A stretch of 64,000 nucleotides of DNA from Candidatus Tokpelaia hoelldobleri (GCA_002005325.1 CP017315.1:419184-483183); one strand, 5' to 3'; positions 28,796 through 38,766 are shown, numbered from the stretch's first letter. Notes: generated by a model not told the origin, from the letters alone. Numbers and translations are program-made.

Positions 28796-28872
28796 TGGTA
28801 GCGAAGGAGGGATTTGAACCCCCGACACAAGGATTATGATTCCTCTGCTCTAACCAACTGAGCTACTTCGCC
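28796..28872 (-). tRNA. tRNA-Met (anticodon CAU), CCA encoded
   Basis: The minus strand reads GGCGAAGTAGCTCAGTTGGTTAGAGCAGAGGAATCATAATCCTTGTGTCGGGGGTTCAAATCCCTCCTTCGCTACCA and folds as a cloverleaf. It lacks the initiator-type 3xGC anticodon stem. tRNA-Ile2 (lysidine) cannot be excluded by eye. Confidence 0.85.
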
Positions 28873-28904
28873 GCAAGACGCTGTTATCATAGCGCGTGGG
28901 GGTG

Positions 28905-28934
28905 GATATATTCTGTAATGCCCCCTCCCGTCAA
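28905..28934 (-). promoter_or_regulatory. Candidate sigma70 promoter of the tRNA gene
   Basis: The minus strand reads TTGACG-N18-TATATC, ending about 32 nt before the mature tRNA 5' end. Confidence 0.4.
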
Positions 28935-28974
28935 GCGTTTATCAACAAAAAAGATGTTTTCTTGCCGCCTGTTG

Positions 28975-29009
28975 ATCCCCTGCGTCCGGACGCAGGGGAT
29001 TTTCTTTTC
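28975..29009 (+). terminator. Strong terminator-like hairpin with its T-tract on the plus strand only
   Basis: A 26-bp perfect palindrome ATCCCCTGCGTCCGGACGCAGGGGAT is followed by TTTCTTTTC. Both flanking genes (tRNA and leuA) are on the minus strand. Confidence 0.55.
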
Positions 29010-29038
29010 CAGCAGCACAGACAAAAAACCTCTTTTAA

Positions 29039-29065
29039 TTGCACAAACAAAAAGTAAGCTGGTGC
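29039..29065. repeat. Degenerate third copy of the GCACAAAC hairpin repeat
   Basis: TGCACAAACAAAAAGTAAGCTGGTGCT matches about 23/27 positions of the reverse complement of the 31091-31117 copy. Confidence 0.6.
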
Positions 29066-29077
29066 TGTTGTATGCTG

Positions 29078-30784
29078 CTACTTGCCGGCAATACGGTTGG
29101 CGGCGGCAATGATGGCGGCGAGCGACGCAGCGGCAATATTGTCATCAATCGCCACGCCAAAGGTTTTGCCGTGCGGATGGGCGATTTCCATATAGCAGAT
29201 CGCCGCTGCGTCCGAACCCTGTTGCAGGGAGTGTTCCGAGTAATCAATAACCGACAAGGACTGCCCCAGATAGGTTGACAGGGCATTGACAAAGCCGTCA
29301 ACAACGCCGGTTCCGCGCCCTTCAATGGTTTTGCTGTGGCCATTGTCGGTAATTTCAGCAAGGATGGTATATCTGTCCTTGTCCTCCGGGGTCATGCGGG
29401 GCTGGTAATTGACAAAGCCAAGGCGGCTTTCCGCCGCTGTGGCGTAGGTTTTGACAAATTCGTCATAAATGCGCTGTGAAGACAGTTCCCTGCCTTCTTC
29501 ATCGGTGATTTTCTGGATGACATTACGAAACTCCACCTGCAGGTTGCGCGGCAGGTTCAGGCCGTAATCCTGTTGCAGGATATAGGCAATGCCGCCTTTG
29601 CCGGATTGCGAATTGATACGGATAATCGCTTCGTAGGAACGGCCGACATCGCGCGGGTCAATCGGCAGATAGGGCACTTCCCACAGGCCGGTATCGGATT
29701 TTTTAATCGCCGTCATGCCTTTGTTGATGGCGTCCTGATGGGAACCGGAAAAGGCGGTATAAACCAGTTCGCCGACGTAAGGGTGGCGTTCGGGAATTTG
29801 CAGCTGGTTGGAATATTCATAAACTGCCTTGATTTTCTCGATATCAGAGCAGTCAAGCTCAGGATCAACCCCTTGCGTCAGCATATTCAGCGCCAGCGTG
29901 ACAATATCAACATTGCCGGTGCGTTCGCCATTGCCGAACAAGGTGCCTTCCACCCGGTCCGCCCCCGCCATCAGGCCGAGTTCGGTGGCGGCAATCGCGC
30001 TGCCGCGGTCATTATGCGGGTGCAGCGAAATGATAACACTGTCGCGGCGGTCAATATTGCGGCACATCCATTCAATCTGGTCGGCATAGATGTTCGGTGT
30101 GGTCAGTTCCACTGTTGAGGGCAGGTTGAGAATCATCCTGTTATCCGGTGTCGGGTTGATAATCTCAATCACCGCATTGGAAATTTCCAGTGCGATATCC
30201 AGTTCCGTACCGGTAAAGCTCTCCGGCGAATACTGGAAGCGATAACCGCCTCCGGTTTTTGCCGCCATATCCATAATCATTTTGGCGGCGTCGGTGGCAA
30301 TGTTTTTAACACCGGTGACATCCTTGTTAAAGACAACACGGCGCTGCAATTCACTGGTGGAGTTGTAAAAATGCACAATCGGGCGTTTTGCGCCTTCCAG
30401 CGCCTCAAAGGTGCGGGTAATGAGTTCCGGCCGGCACTGCACCAGCACCTGCAGGCTCAGATAATCCGGCACATTGCCTTGCTCAATACACCAGCGGGCA
30501 AAATCAAAATCTGTCTGCGAGGCGGAAGGAAAGCCGATCTCAATTTCAGGAAAGCCCATGTCGACAAGCAGGCGGAACATCCGTTCCTTACGGTCCTGCC
30601 CCATCGGGTCAATCAGCGCTTGGTTGCCGTCACGCAGATCGACCGAGCACCAGACCGGCGCTTTTTCGATCCGTTTGTCCGGCCAGGTGCGATCCTGCAA
30701 CCGCACCGGCTGTGCGGGGCGGTATTTCCGGGCGGTTTCGGGCATGCCCTTTTGCGGGCGGGCGGCAAATGCGGAAATATTCAT
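29078..30784 (-). CDS. leuA: 2-isopropylmalate synthase, long (actinobacterial-type) form
   Basis: 568 aa from MNISAFAARPQKG. It has the VDLRDGNQ and SLHPHNDRG catalytic motifs and a C-terminal regulatory domain. The ORF track extends 150 nt further upstream into the leader. Confidence 0.9.
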   Translation of the reverse strand: MNISAFAARPQKGMPETARKYRPAQPVRLQDRTWPDKRIEKAPVWCSVDLRDGNQALIDPMGQDRKERMFRLLVDMGFPEIEIGFPSASQTDFDFARWCIEQGNVPDYLSLQVLVQCRPELITRTFEALEGAKRPIVHFYNSTSELQRRVVFNKDVTGVKNIATDAAKMIMDMAAKTGGGYRFQYSPESFTGTELDIALEISNAVIEIINPTPDNRMILNLPSTVELTTPNIYADQIEWMCRNIDRRDSVIISLHPHNDRGSAIAATELGLMAGADRVEGTLFGNGERTGNVDIVTLALNMLTQGVDPELDCSDIEKIKAVYEYSNQLQIPERHPYVGELVYTAFSGSHQDAINKGMTAIKKSDTGLWEVPYLPIDPRDVGRSYEAIIRINSQSGKGGIAYILQQDYGLNLPRNLQVEFRNVIQKITDEEGRELSSQRIYDEFVKTYATAAESRLGFVNYQPRMTPEDKDRYTILAEITDNGHSKTIEGRGTGVVDGFVNALSTYLGQSLSVIDYSEHSLQQGSDAAAICYMEIAHPHGKTFGVAIDDNIAAASLAAIIAAANRIAGK

Positions 30785-30832
30785 GGTTGACACTCTTTGA
30801 ATCTTGAAAACGGGAAAAATGTGGATAATAGG

Positions 30833-30992
30833 AGTTATAAACCGGCAGGGTCTTACAGCTGCCGGACACTCCTCAACGAATCCGACAACCGCCAGTAAGG
30901 CCGAGAAGAAGAGCGGAAAGCAAAGGCGCAACAAAACGCGGCTGAAACAGGCCGGGTATTTTCAAAAAAGAGTTGCGCAAAAACGTTGTCAT
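30833..30992 (-). promoter_or_regulatory. Candidate leucine leader peptide plus attenuator hairpin
   Basis: A 39-codon ORF (30873-30992) reads MTTFLRNSFLKIPGLFQPRFVAPLLSALLLGLTGGCRIR. Six of the nine codons at 30897-30923 are Leu. Its stop is followed by CCGGCAG-N10-CUGCCGG then UUUAUAA (30833-30865). Confidence 0.4.
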
Positions 30993-31090
30993 GCAGGCAC
31001 TTTATATACGGTTGTTGCAGGATGCAAGTGTCTTTTTGCTTTTGTTTTGATGGAAAAGAGCTATATCTGCCTGTGAAATTCCTGACAGCC

Positions 31091-31153
31091 TGCACAAACT
31101 TGCTTTTTGTTTGTGCAACGAAAAACCGCACAAACTTGCTTTTGGTTTGTGCG
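31091..31153. repeat. Two tandem 27-nt hairpin repeats (GCACAAAC-N9-GTTTGTGC), period 36 bp
   Basis: TGCACAAACTTGCTTTTTGTTTGTGCA lies at 31091-31117 and CGCACAAACTTGCTTTTGGTTTGTGCG at 31127-31153, 27 nt upstream of the recR ATG. Confidence 0.75.
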
Positions 31154-31179
31154 AGCCAAAATAAAAAGAGAGTGCAACC

Positions 31180-31785
31180 ATGTCGAGACATATTGCCGGC
31201 CCTGAAATTGAACGTCTTATCCAGCTTCTGGCACGCCTGCCGGGTCTGGGGCCGCGCTCGGCCCGCCGTGCCGCCCTGCATCTGGTCAAAAAGAAAGAGG
31301 CATTGCTTGAACCGCTGGGCAAAGCGTTTGCGGATGCGGCGCAAAATGTGCGCGTGTGCGCAACCTGTGGCAATATCGACACATCCGACCCGTGCACAGT
31401 GTGCTGTGACGCCACCCGCGATTCGGGCACTTTGATTGTGGTTGAAGACGTGTCGGATTTGTGGGCGCTGGAGCGGGTGGGCAGTGTCAGGGCCGCTTAT
31501 CATGTGCTGGGTGGCCGCCTGTCGCCGCTTGATGGTGTCGGGCCGGAAGATCTGAATATCAAACAATTGCTGACGCGCATTGAGGCGGGCGGGGTAAAGG
31601 AAGTTATTCTGGCGCTTAACGCTACGGTGGAAGGGCAGACGACAGCGCATTACATCACCGATATGCTGTCGGGCTTTGATGTGCGCATCACGCGGCTGGC
31701 GCATGGCGTGCCGGTGGGGGGTGAACTTGATTATCTGGATGAGGGGACACTCGCCGCCGCCCTGCAGGCGCGCACTGCTCTTTAA
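31180..31785 (+). CDS. recR: Recombination protein RecR
   Basis: 201 aa with helix-hairpin-helix [10 protein letters not shown]4 zinc finger CATCGN..DPCTVC and a Toprim domain (IVVEDVSD). Confidence 0.95.
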   Translation: MSRHIAGPEIERLIQLLARLPGLGPRSARRAALHLVKKKEALLEPLGKAFADAAQNVRVCATCGNIDTSDPCTVCCDATRDSGTLIVVEDVSDLWALERVGSVRAAYHVLGGRLSPLDGVGPEDLNIKQLLTRIEAGGVKEVILALNATVEGQTTAHYITDMLSGFDVRITRLAHGVPVGGELDYLDEGTLAAALQARTAL

Positions 31786-32000
31786 CAATTCATCTGTGCA
31801 TAAAATTTTTGTGAAAAGGGAGTTCTTGGAATAGTCACAATGTGCTATTATATAGCAACCTGTCTGTTGCCATAGCTTTGCCTGAAGCCGATGGTATGAT
31901 ATTGCAAATATTTAATGTATAGCAGGAAGTCTTCTGTTTACAGGGAAATGCATCTGTATATTTTGGTCTGTGCAGGACAAATTAAAGGGTCGAGTCATTG

Positions 32001-33302
32001 ATGAAGAATTTTAACAAGCTTTCCACCGGTTTTGTTTTGGGTGCTTTTGCTTTTGCTTTGGCTGCTTGTGGAGGAAATGTCCAGACCCCGCCACCTCCGA
32101 CACCTGTCAGTGCCGTGACGGTGCATAGACAGGAAATACCGGTAACCTATGAATATGCCGGCCGTATCGCCGCTTTTCTCGACACACAGATACGTGCCCG
32201 TGTCAGCGGTATTCTGCTCAAGCGCAACTTTGTTGAAGGCTCGGCCGTCAAACAGGGGGATGTGCTTTTTGAAATCGACCCTGCCGATTATGAGGCGGTT
32301 GTCGCCCGCGCCCAGGCTGATTATGATGAAGCCAACCGCAATGCCACCCGCATAGAAAAATTGTTGCAGCAAAAAGTGGCGAGCGCCGCCCAGCGTGATG
32401 CCGCTGTTGCCAGGCGTGACGCCAGCCGGGCTGCCTTGCGCACGGCAAAGCTTAATCTGGACTATACAAAGGTAACGGCGCCGATCAGCGGCGTTACAAG
32501 TCTGGGGGCGGTGCCTGAGGGCACCCTCGTCAATGCTTCAACAACCCTGCTGACAACGATTACCCAGAGTGATCCGATTTATGTCAATTTTTCCTATACC
32601 GATTCTGACGCCCGTGCCATCCGCCAGTTGATGGCGGCGATGAATGCGCGCGGCGACAAAATTGACGCGCCGAAAGTCCGGATAAAATTCGGTGACGGCA
32701 GCGAATATGACAAGCTTGGCACTGTGGACTTTACCTCGCCGACCCTTGATAGCTTTACCGGTACTTACGGTGTTCGCGGCATTGTGGAAAATCGGGAAGG
32801 CCGGCTGGTGCCTGGGCAGTTTGTGCGTGTCACGGTTGAAGGGCTTAAGCTTGATAAATCTATTGTCATTCCTGAAGGGGCCTTGATGCAGGATGCTGCA
32901 GGTCAGTATGTTTTTGTTGTCAATACTCTTGATTCGCCAGAAGGAAAGCCCGGCGGCAAGGTTGCTGAAAGGCGTCCTGTCAAGGTTGTCCGCCAGATGG
33001 AAAACCGCGACTGGCTGATTGCTCCGCTGGAAACGGTCGGGGAAAACCTGAACACAGCGGAAATGGGTGATGCTGCCGGTAAACCTGCTGAAGGCAAGCT
33101 GCAGAAAGCGCCGGAACCGAAAGTCAGCTATATCGGCCTGAAAGATGGCGAGGAGATTATCACCGAAGGGCAAACCCGTCTTATGATGATGATGCAGCAA
33201 GGTCTTGCAGGTGTGTTTATTGTCAAGCTTGATGGTAAAGATCTTGCCCCTGCTGCAAGTCAGGGAGCGAGACCGGCAGGCAAGGCGGAAGCAGCAAAAT
33301 GA
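32001..33302 (+). CDS. RND efflux periplasmic adaptor (membrane fusion) lipoprotein
   Basis: Lipobox FALAAC, alpha-hairpin and lipoyl motifs (GDVLFEIDP), and an ATGA overlap with the RND gene. It has an unusually long low-complexity C-terminal region. Confidence 0.85.
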   Translation: MKNFNKLSTGFVLGAFAFALAACGGNVQTPPPPTPVSAVTVHRQEIPVTYEYAGRIAAFLDTQIRARVSGILLKRNFVEGSAVKQGDVLFEIDPADYEAVVARAQADYDEANRNATRIEKLLQQKVASAAQRDAAVARRDASRAALRTAKLNLDYTKVTAPISGVTSLGAVPEGTLVNASTTLLTTITQSDPIYVNFSYTDSDARAIRQLMAAMNARGDKIDAPKVRIKFGDGSEYDKLGTVDFTSPTLDSFTGTYGVRGIVENREGRLVPGQFVRVTVEGLKLDKSIVIPEGALMQDAAGQYVFVVNTLDSPEGKPGGKVAERRPVKVVRQMENRDWLIAPLETVGENLNTAEMGDAAGKPAEGKLQKAPEPKVSYIGLKDGEEIITEGQTRLMMMMQQGLAGVFIVKLDGKDLAPAASQGARPAGKAEAAK

Positions 33303-36300
33303 ATTACGGTTTTTTCATTAACAGGCCGGTACTGTCATCGGTTATCTCGATTATTATCGTTCTGGCCGGTATCTTGTGTATCCGTATTCTGCCGGTTGAA
33401 CAATATCCCGATTTGCTGCCGCCGACAGTGAGTGTTTCCGCACAATATCCGGGTGCAAGCGCCGAAACTGTGGCGCAGACTGTGGCTGCGCCGCTTGAGC
33501 AGCAGATTAATGGCGTTGAGGACATGATTTACATGAACTCGGTTTCCAATGCCCAGGGCACGCTGGGCATTACTGTGACGTTTGCGCAAGGGACAGATCC
33601 CGATCAGGCGACCATCAATGTTAACAACCGCGTGCAGCGCGCCATTACCACATTGCCCCAGCAGGTGCAGCGCCTTGGTGTGACAGTGGACAAACGCTCG
33701 TCCTCCATTTTGGGTATTGTCGGCATGCAGAGTAATTCCGGCGCCTATGACCGCACCTTTGTGGGTAACTATGCGTTGCTCAACGTGGTGGATGACTTGA
33801 AACGTGTTACCGGTGTCGGTGATGTGCAGGTGATGGGCAGTGTTGATTATTCAATGCGTATCTGGTTGCGTCCTGACAAGCTTGCCCAGTATAATCTTAT
33901 TCCGACCGATGTGATCAATGCCGTGCAAGAGCAGAATGCGCAATATGCTGTGGGGCGTTTCGGCGACCAGCCGGATTCAGTTTCGGGTGCCTATACCTAT
34001 TCTGCCACCACACAGGGGCGTCTGGTCACGCCGGAGGAATTCGGCAACATCATTTTGCGTTCGGATGAAAACGGCGCAACATTACGGCTGGGAGATGTCG
34101 CGCGTATCGAGCTTGGCACCCAGCAATATATGGTGGATACCAAACTTAATGGTGAGGCTATGGTGCCTGTGCTGGTTTATTTGCAGCCGGGCGCGAATGC
34201 GCTTGCGACAATGAATGCCATCAAGATGCGTATGGAGCAAATCTCGCAAGGGTTCCCGCAGGGTATTTTCTATTCTATTCCTTACGACACCACACGGTTT
34301 ATCAATGTGTCGGTGGATGAGGTGATCCACACCTTTATCGAGGCGATTTTGCTGGTGATTGCGGTGGTCTATATCTTCCTGCAGAACTGGCGGGCGACGC
34401 TTATTCCGATTATCGCGGTACCGATCTCGATCATCGGTACATTCGCCGGTATGTATGCACTTGGCTTCTCTATCAACATGCTGACATTGTTCGGGCTGGT
34501 GCTGGCAATCGGTATTGTTGTGGATGATGCGATTGTGGTGCTGGAAAATGTTGAACGCCTGATGAGTGAGGAAAAGCTGTCGCCGCATGATGCAGCGGTT
34601 AAATCCATGGGTGAGGTGACGGGGCCGATTATCGCCATTGTGCTTGTGTTGTGCGCGGTGTTTATCCCGGTTTCGTTCATGGGTGGCCTGGCTGGTATCA
34701 TGTATCAGCAATTTGCTATCACCATTGCTATTTCGGTGACGATTTCCGGCATCGTGGCGCTGACCTTGACCCCTGCCTTGTGCAGTATCCTGCTGAAGCC
34801 GACCCACGGGAAGACGTTTGCGATTTTCCGTGCTTTTAACCGGTTTTTTGACAAGGTGACCGCCCTGTATGTAAGTGGTGTGAAGTTTTTCGTCCACCAT
34901 GTGGCTGTTGGCATTGCTATTTTCCTGCTGGTTTGCGGATCTGTTATCTATATGTTCAAAGTCGTGCCAAGTTCGCTGGTTCCGGATGAGGACCAGGGCC
35001 TGTTTATTGCTTTTGCCATGCTGCCGGCCGGCGCATCAATGGATCGTACATCTGCAGTGCTGAATGAGGCTGAAGAGGTTTTGAAGAAAAATCCCGATAT
35101 TGAAAGCATTGTATCGATCGCCGGTTATGACATGATGTCCGGCGGCTTGAAAACCAGTGCCGGTGTGCTGTTTGTCACCATGACTGACTGGGATAAACGC
35201 AAAGGCCGGCCGGGTGCTGATCCGCGCATTATGACGGATTTGAAAAAAGGTTCGATAGCGCGTGGTACATTCGGCATCAGGGACGGGTTTATTTATCCGG
35301 TGAATCCACCGGCGATTATGGGCCTGTCCACCACCGGCGGTTTTGAGATGTATGTGCAGGATCGCAGCAGTGGCGGCACAATTCAAAAGTTGTATGAAAG
35401 AACGATGCAACTTGTGGTGGCGGCGCAGAAGCGGCCGGAGCTTGCCGGTGTGCGCACGACATTCGACCCGACTGTGCCGCAATATGATCTGACGGTAGAC
35501 CGCGAGAAAGCGCGTGCCATGGAAGTGCCGATCAATACAATTTATGATGCGCTGACGGCAACTTTTGGTAATATCTATATCAATGACTTCACTCTTTATG
35601 GCCGTAATTACCAGGTCAAGTTGCAGTCCGAGGCAGAGTTCCGCCGTACGCCCGATGACCTCAAGCAGGTATTTGTCCGTTCGCAGGCCGGCAAGATGAT
35701 CCCGCTTGATGCGTTGGTGACGTACAAACGTATTGTCGGTTCTGACCAGCTGGAACGCTTTAACGCCTTCTATGCCACCAAGGTGATGGGCAACCCTGCG
35801 CCCGGTTATACATCCGGTGATGCCATCAAGGCCATGCAGGAACTTGCGGAGGAAGTGCTGCCGAAGGATTATCCGATTGCCTGGACAGGGTCTGCCTATC
35901 AGGAAACGACCAATGCCGGACAGGGCAACAAGGCGCTGATTTTCGGTATTATCATGGTGTTCCTGATTTTGGCGGCGCAATATGAGCGCTGGAGCCTGCC
36001 GCTTGCTGTTATTACCGCTGTGCCGTTTGCTGTGGCGGGGGCGCTGGCGCTTACCTGGCTGCGCGGTCTCAATAATGACGTTTATTTCCAGATCGGCCTG
36101 GTGACGCTGATTGGCCTGGCGGCGAAAAACGCTATTCTGATTGTTGAGTTTGCGGTGCTGGAGCGTGAATCGGGCAAATCTGTGATTGAGGCGGCGCTTT
36201 CTGCGGCCGAGTTGCGTTTCCGCCCGATTGTCATGACCTCGCTTGCTTTCATCCTTGGCGTGGTGCCGCTGGCCACTTCCACCGGCGCCGGTTCGGCAAG

Positions 36301-36451
36301 CCGTCACGCGATCGGGACGGGTGTTATCGGCGGTATGCTGGCGGCAACTTGTATTGCGACTTTCTTTATCCCGATGTTTTACCGTCTGATTAGCGGGAAG
36401 GGTGAGAAGAAGCCCCATGGCGGGGGGAAAGCCGCAGCGTCAGCCAGATAA
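33299..36451 (+). CDS. RND multidrug efflux transporter (HAE1, AcrB/MexB-like)
   Basis: 1050 aa with a 12-TM architecture, starting [24 protein letters not shown], and the conserved [12 protein letters not shown] motif. Confidence 0.9.
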   Translation: MNYGFFINRPVLSSVISIIIVLAGILCIRILPVEQYPDLLPPTVSVSAQYPGASAETVAQTVAAPLEQQINGVEDMIYMNSVSNAQGTLGITVTFAQGTDPDQATINVNNRVQRAITTLPQQVQRLGVTVDKRSSSILGIVGMQSNSGAYDRTFVGNYALLNVVDDLKRVTGVGDVQVMGSVDYSMRIWLRPDKLAQYNLIPTDVINAVQEQNAQYAVGRFGDQPDSVSGAYTYSATTQGRLVTPEEFGNIILRSDENGATLRLGDVARIELGTQQYMVDTKLNGEAMVPVLVYLQPGANALATMNAIKMRMEQISQGFPQGIFYSIPYDTTRFINVSVDEVIHTFIEAILLVIAVVYIFLQNWRATLIPIIAVPISIIGTFAGMYALGFSINMLTLFGLVLAIGIVVDDAIVVLENVERLMSEEKLSPHDAAVKSMGEVTGPIIAIVLVLCAVFIPVSFMGGLAGIMYQQFAITIAISVTISGIVALTLTPALCSILLKPTHGKTFAIFRAFNRFFDKVTALYVSGVKFFVHHVAVGIAIFLLVCGSVIYMFKVVPSSLVPDEDQGLFIAFAMLPAGASMDRTSAVLNEAEEVLKKNPDIESIVSIAGYDMMSGGLKTSAGVLFVTMTDWDKRKGRPGADPRIMTDLKKGSIARGTFGIRDGFIYPVNPPAIMGLSTTGGFEMYVQDRSSGGTIQKLYERTMQLVVAAQKRPELAGVRTTFDPTVPQYDLTVDREKARAMEVPINTIYDALTATFGNIYINDFTLYGRNYQVKLQSEAEFRRTPDDLKQVFVRSQAGKMIPLDALVTYKRIVGSDQLERFNAFYATKVMGNPAPGYTSGDAIKAMQELAEEVLPKDYPIAWTGSAYQETTNAGQGNKALIFGIIMVFLILAAQYERWSLPLAVITAVPFAVAGALALTWLRGLNNDVYFQIGLVTLIGLAAKNAILIVEFAVLERESGKSVIEAALSAAELRFRPIVMTSLAFILGVVPLATSTGAGSASRHAIGTGVIGGMLAATCIATFFIPMFYRLISGKGEKKPHGGGKAAASAR

Positions 36452-36455
36452 GGAG

Positions 36456-36483
36456 AAAAACCCGCTGAAAGGCGGGTTTTTTG
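36456..36483 (+). terminator. Intrinsic terminator after the RND gene
   Basis: AAACCCGC-tgaaag-GCGGGTTTTTTG. Confidence 0.85.
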
Positions 36484-36838
36484 TCATTATTGTTTTTAAA
36501 GCCGGGCTGGCAGGTAAGGCCGTGGCGGTTTTCAAAATTGCATGATGCCTTGATAATTTTAGCGTTTCTGGCTGGATCGAAACCGGTTCTGTGGTTGACT
36601 CTTGAAGCCCTCGCCGTCTATATCTGTTTTATTAAGATAACTGCTGTGGCAGTTTAGTTGTGTTAACCGGTCTGATAGCGCTTTTCGGGGGAGGCGGCGG
36701 CCTGTTTTTGTTTGAAAATATGAAAGATGCACTCTTCAGGTTATTTTCCGGCATGATGAAAACCGGAAAATGGTCGGGTCAAGGGGAAGAGGCAAAAGGT
36801 ATCGGGGTGGTGATCCGCCTCAAGTGGAGTGTGCTGCA

Positions 36839-37852
36839 ATGTTGCGTTATCTTTTAAAGAAGATCGGCTATATCGTGCCGACATTTTTCGGCATAACTCT
36901 GGCTGCGTTTCTGTTTATCCGCGCTCTGCCGGGTGATCCGGTCACATTGATGGCGGGGGAACGGGGCATATCGCCGGAACGGCGGGCGCAATTGCTGGCT
37001 GAGCTTGGCTTTGACCGTCCTTACTGGCAGCAATATGCCGATTATGTGTGGAATGTTCTGCATGGCGATCTCGGCATATCGTTTGTTACCAAACAAAGCG
37101 TGGCGACGGAATTTTTCACGCATTTCACCGCGACACTGGAACTGGGTTTTTTTGCTTTGATTATTGCCGTTTTTATCGGTGTTCCTGCCGGTGTTTTTGC
37201 GGCGGTCAAGCGCGGTTCGTGGTTTGATCAGGGCTCAATGGGGCTGGCGTTGACCGGCTATTCCATGCCGATTTTCTGGTGGGGGCTTCTGCTGATCATG
37301 CTGTTCAGCGTTATGCTTGGCTGGACACCGGTTGGCGGGCGGATTGCGTCAATTTATGCCGCTTCCTTTGACGAGCCGACAGGTTTTATGCTGATTGACA
37401 GCTGGCTGTCGGGGGAAGAAGGCGTTTTTGCCTCGACTGTTTCCCATCTTGTTTTGCCATCCATTGTGCTTGCCACTGTCTCACTCGCGGCGATTGCCCG
37501 CCAGACACGTTCTGCCATGCTGGAAGTGCTGGATGAGGATTATGTGCGCACGGCGCGCGCCAAGGGGCTGTCGAGTTTCCGGGTTGTCGGGATTCATGCC
37601 CTGCGCAATGCTTTTATTCCCATCATCACGACAATCGGTTTGCAGGTTGGCGTCATGATGGGCGGAGCAATTTTGACAGAGACGATTTTTTCCTGGCCGG
37701 GTATCGGCAAATGGCTGGTTGATTCTATTTTGAAGCGCGATTATATCGCAGTGCAAAGCGCGCTTTTGCTTGTCGGCATGCTGGTTATGATGGTTAATCT
37801 GGCGGTTGATATGCTCTATGCCCTCATCAATCCCCGTGTCAGACATAGTTAA
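36839..37852 (+). CDS. dppB: Dipeptide ABC transporter permease
   Basis: MLRYLLKKIGYIVPTFFGITL...PGDPV closely parallels E. coli DppB. The ATG at 36839 follows GTGGAG. Confidence 0.85.
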   Translation: MLRYLLKKIGYIVPTFFGITLAAFLFIRALPGDPVTLMAGERGISPERRAQLLAELGFDRPYWQQYADYVWNVLHGDLGISFVTKQSVATEFFTHFTATLELGFFALIIAVFIGVPAGVFAAVKRGSWFDQGSMGLALTGYSMPIFWWGLLLIMLFSVMLGWTPVGGRIASIYAASFDEPTGFMLIDSWLSGEEGVFASTVSHLVLPSIVLATVSLAAIARQTRSAMLEVLDEDYVRTARAKGLSSFRVVGIHALRNAFIPIITTIGLQVGVMMGGAILTETIFSWPGIGKWLVDSILKRDYIAVQSALLLVGMLVMMVNLAVDMLYALINPRVRHS

Positions 37853-37860
37853 GGTGTGCT

Positions 37861-38763
37861 ATGAATAATAATATTTCAGCTTCTGTGACAGGGGATAAGC
37901 AGCTTTCGGTATGGCGTGAGTTCTGGTATGCTTTCAGCCAGAACCGCGGTGCGGTCGTCGGCCTTGTTATATTTGCCATTATCGTTTTTCTGGCGCTTGC
38001 AGGCCCTTGGCTTGCACCCTATGACTATACAGAAAAATTTGATAATTTCATGAAGGTGCCGCCGGTCTGGCAGGAGGGGGGCGTTGCGCAATTCTGGCTT
38101 GGCACGGATGCTATCGGCCGCGATATTCTTTCACGGCTTTTATACGGGGCGCATCAGACCCTGGGCGTTGGTGTTGCCGTTGCTTTTGCGGCCATGGTGT
38201 TCGGCGTGATTGTTGGCGTTATCGCCGGCTATTTTGGCGGTATTGTTGATGTGGTTATCATGCGTATCATGGATGTCGCTCTTGCTTTCCCCTCGCTGTT
38301 GCTGGCGCTGGTGCTGGTTAATATTGTCGGTTACGGCCTGTTCGGGGCGGGGCTTGCGACAGCAATTGCCCTGCAGCCTTATTTTGTCCGTCTGGCGCGG
38401 GCTGCGGTGCTGGTGGAAAAGAACAATGATTATGTGGCGGCGGCGCGCCTTGCTGGTGCAGGCCGTATCCGGCAGATGTTCAAAACCATTCTGCCCAATT
38501 GTCTGGCGCCGATCATTGTGCAGGCGACATTTGCCTTTTCCGGCGCTATTCTGGATGTTGCCGCCCTTGGCTTTCTTGGCATGGGGGCGCAGGTCCCTTC
38601 GCCGGAATGGGGGACAATGCTGGCCGATGCGCGCGAATTTGTCGCCAGCGCCTGGTGGATTGTCACCTTTCCCGGCCTGGCTATTCTGATTGTTGTGCTC
38701 ACCATCAACCTGATTGGTGACGGTTTGCGCGATGCGCTTGATCCCAAACTGAAAAGGAGCTGA
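37861..38763 (+). CDS. dppC: Dipeptide ABC transporter permease
   Basis: 300 aa with an OppC/DppC-type N-terminus and an EAA loop (AARLAGAG). Confidence 0.85.
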   Translation: MNNNISASVTGDKQLSVWREFWYAFSQNRGAVVGLVIFAIIVFLALAGPWLAPYDYTEKFDNFMKVPPVWQEGGVAQFWLGTDAIGRDILSRLLYGAHQTLGVGVAVAFAAMVFGVIVGVIAGYFGGIVDVVIMRIMDVALAFPSLLLALVLVNIVGYGLFGAGLATAIALQPYFVRLARAAVLVEKNNDYVAAARLAGAGRIRQMFKTILPNCLAPIIVQATFAFSGAILDVAALGFLGMGAQVPSPEWGTMLADAREFVASAWWIVTFPGLAILIVVLTINLIGDGLRDALDPKLKRS

Positions 38764-38766
38764 GCC

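Noticed and set aside
28918-29112. 64-aa plus-strand ORF between the tRNA and leuA
   Set aside because: It reads straight through a 26-bp terminator palindrome and the hairpin repeat copy, and it overlaps the leuA 3' end. This is most likely a chance ORF.
30853-31788. 311-aa minus-strand ORF covering recR and the leuA-recR spacer
   Set aside because: It is antisense to a textbook recR. Its repeated AQTKSKFV segment is just the translation of the tandem hairpin repeats.
34082-36418. Long minus-strand ORFs (272 aa and 460 aa, His/Arg-rich) inside the RND transporter gene
   Set aside because: They are fully antisense to a strongly supported 1050-aa RND gene. Their composition is low-complexity Arg/His/Gln, typical of antisense frames, and they have no SD or recognisable domains.
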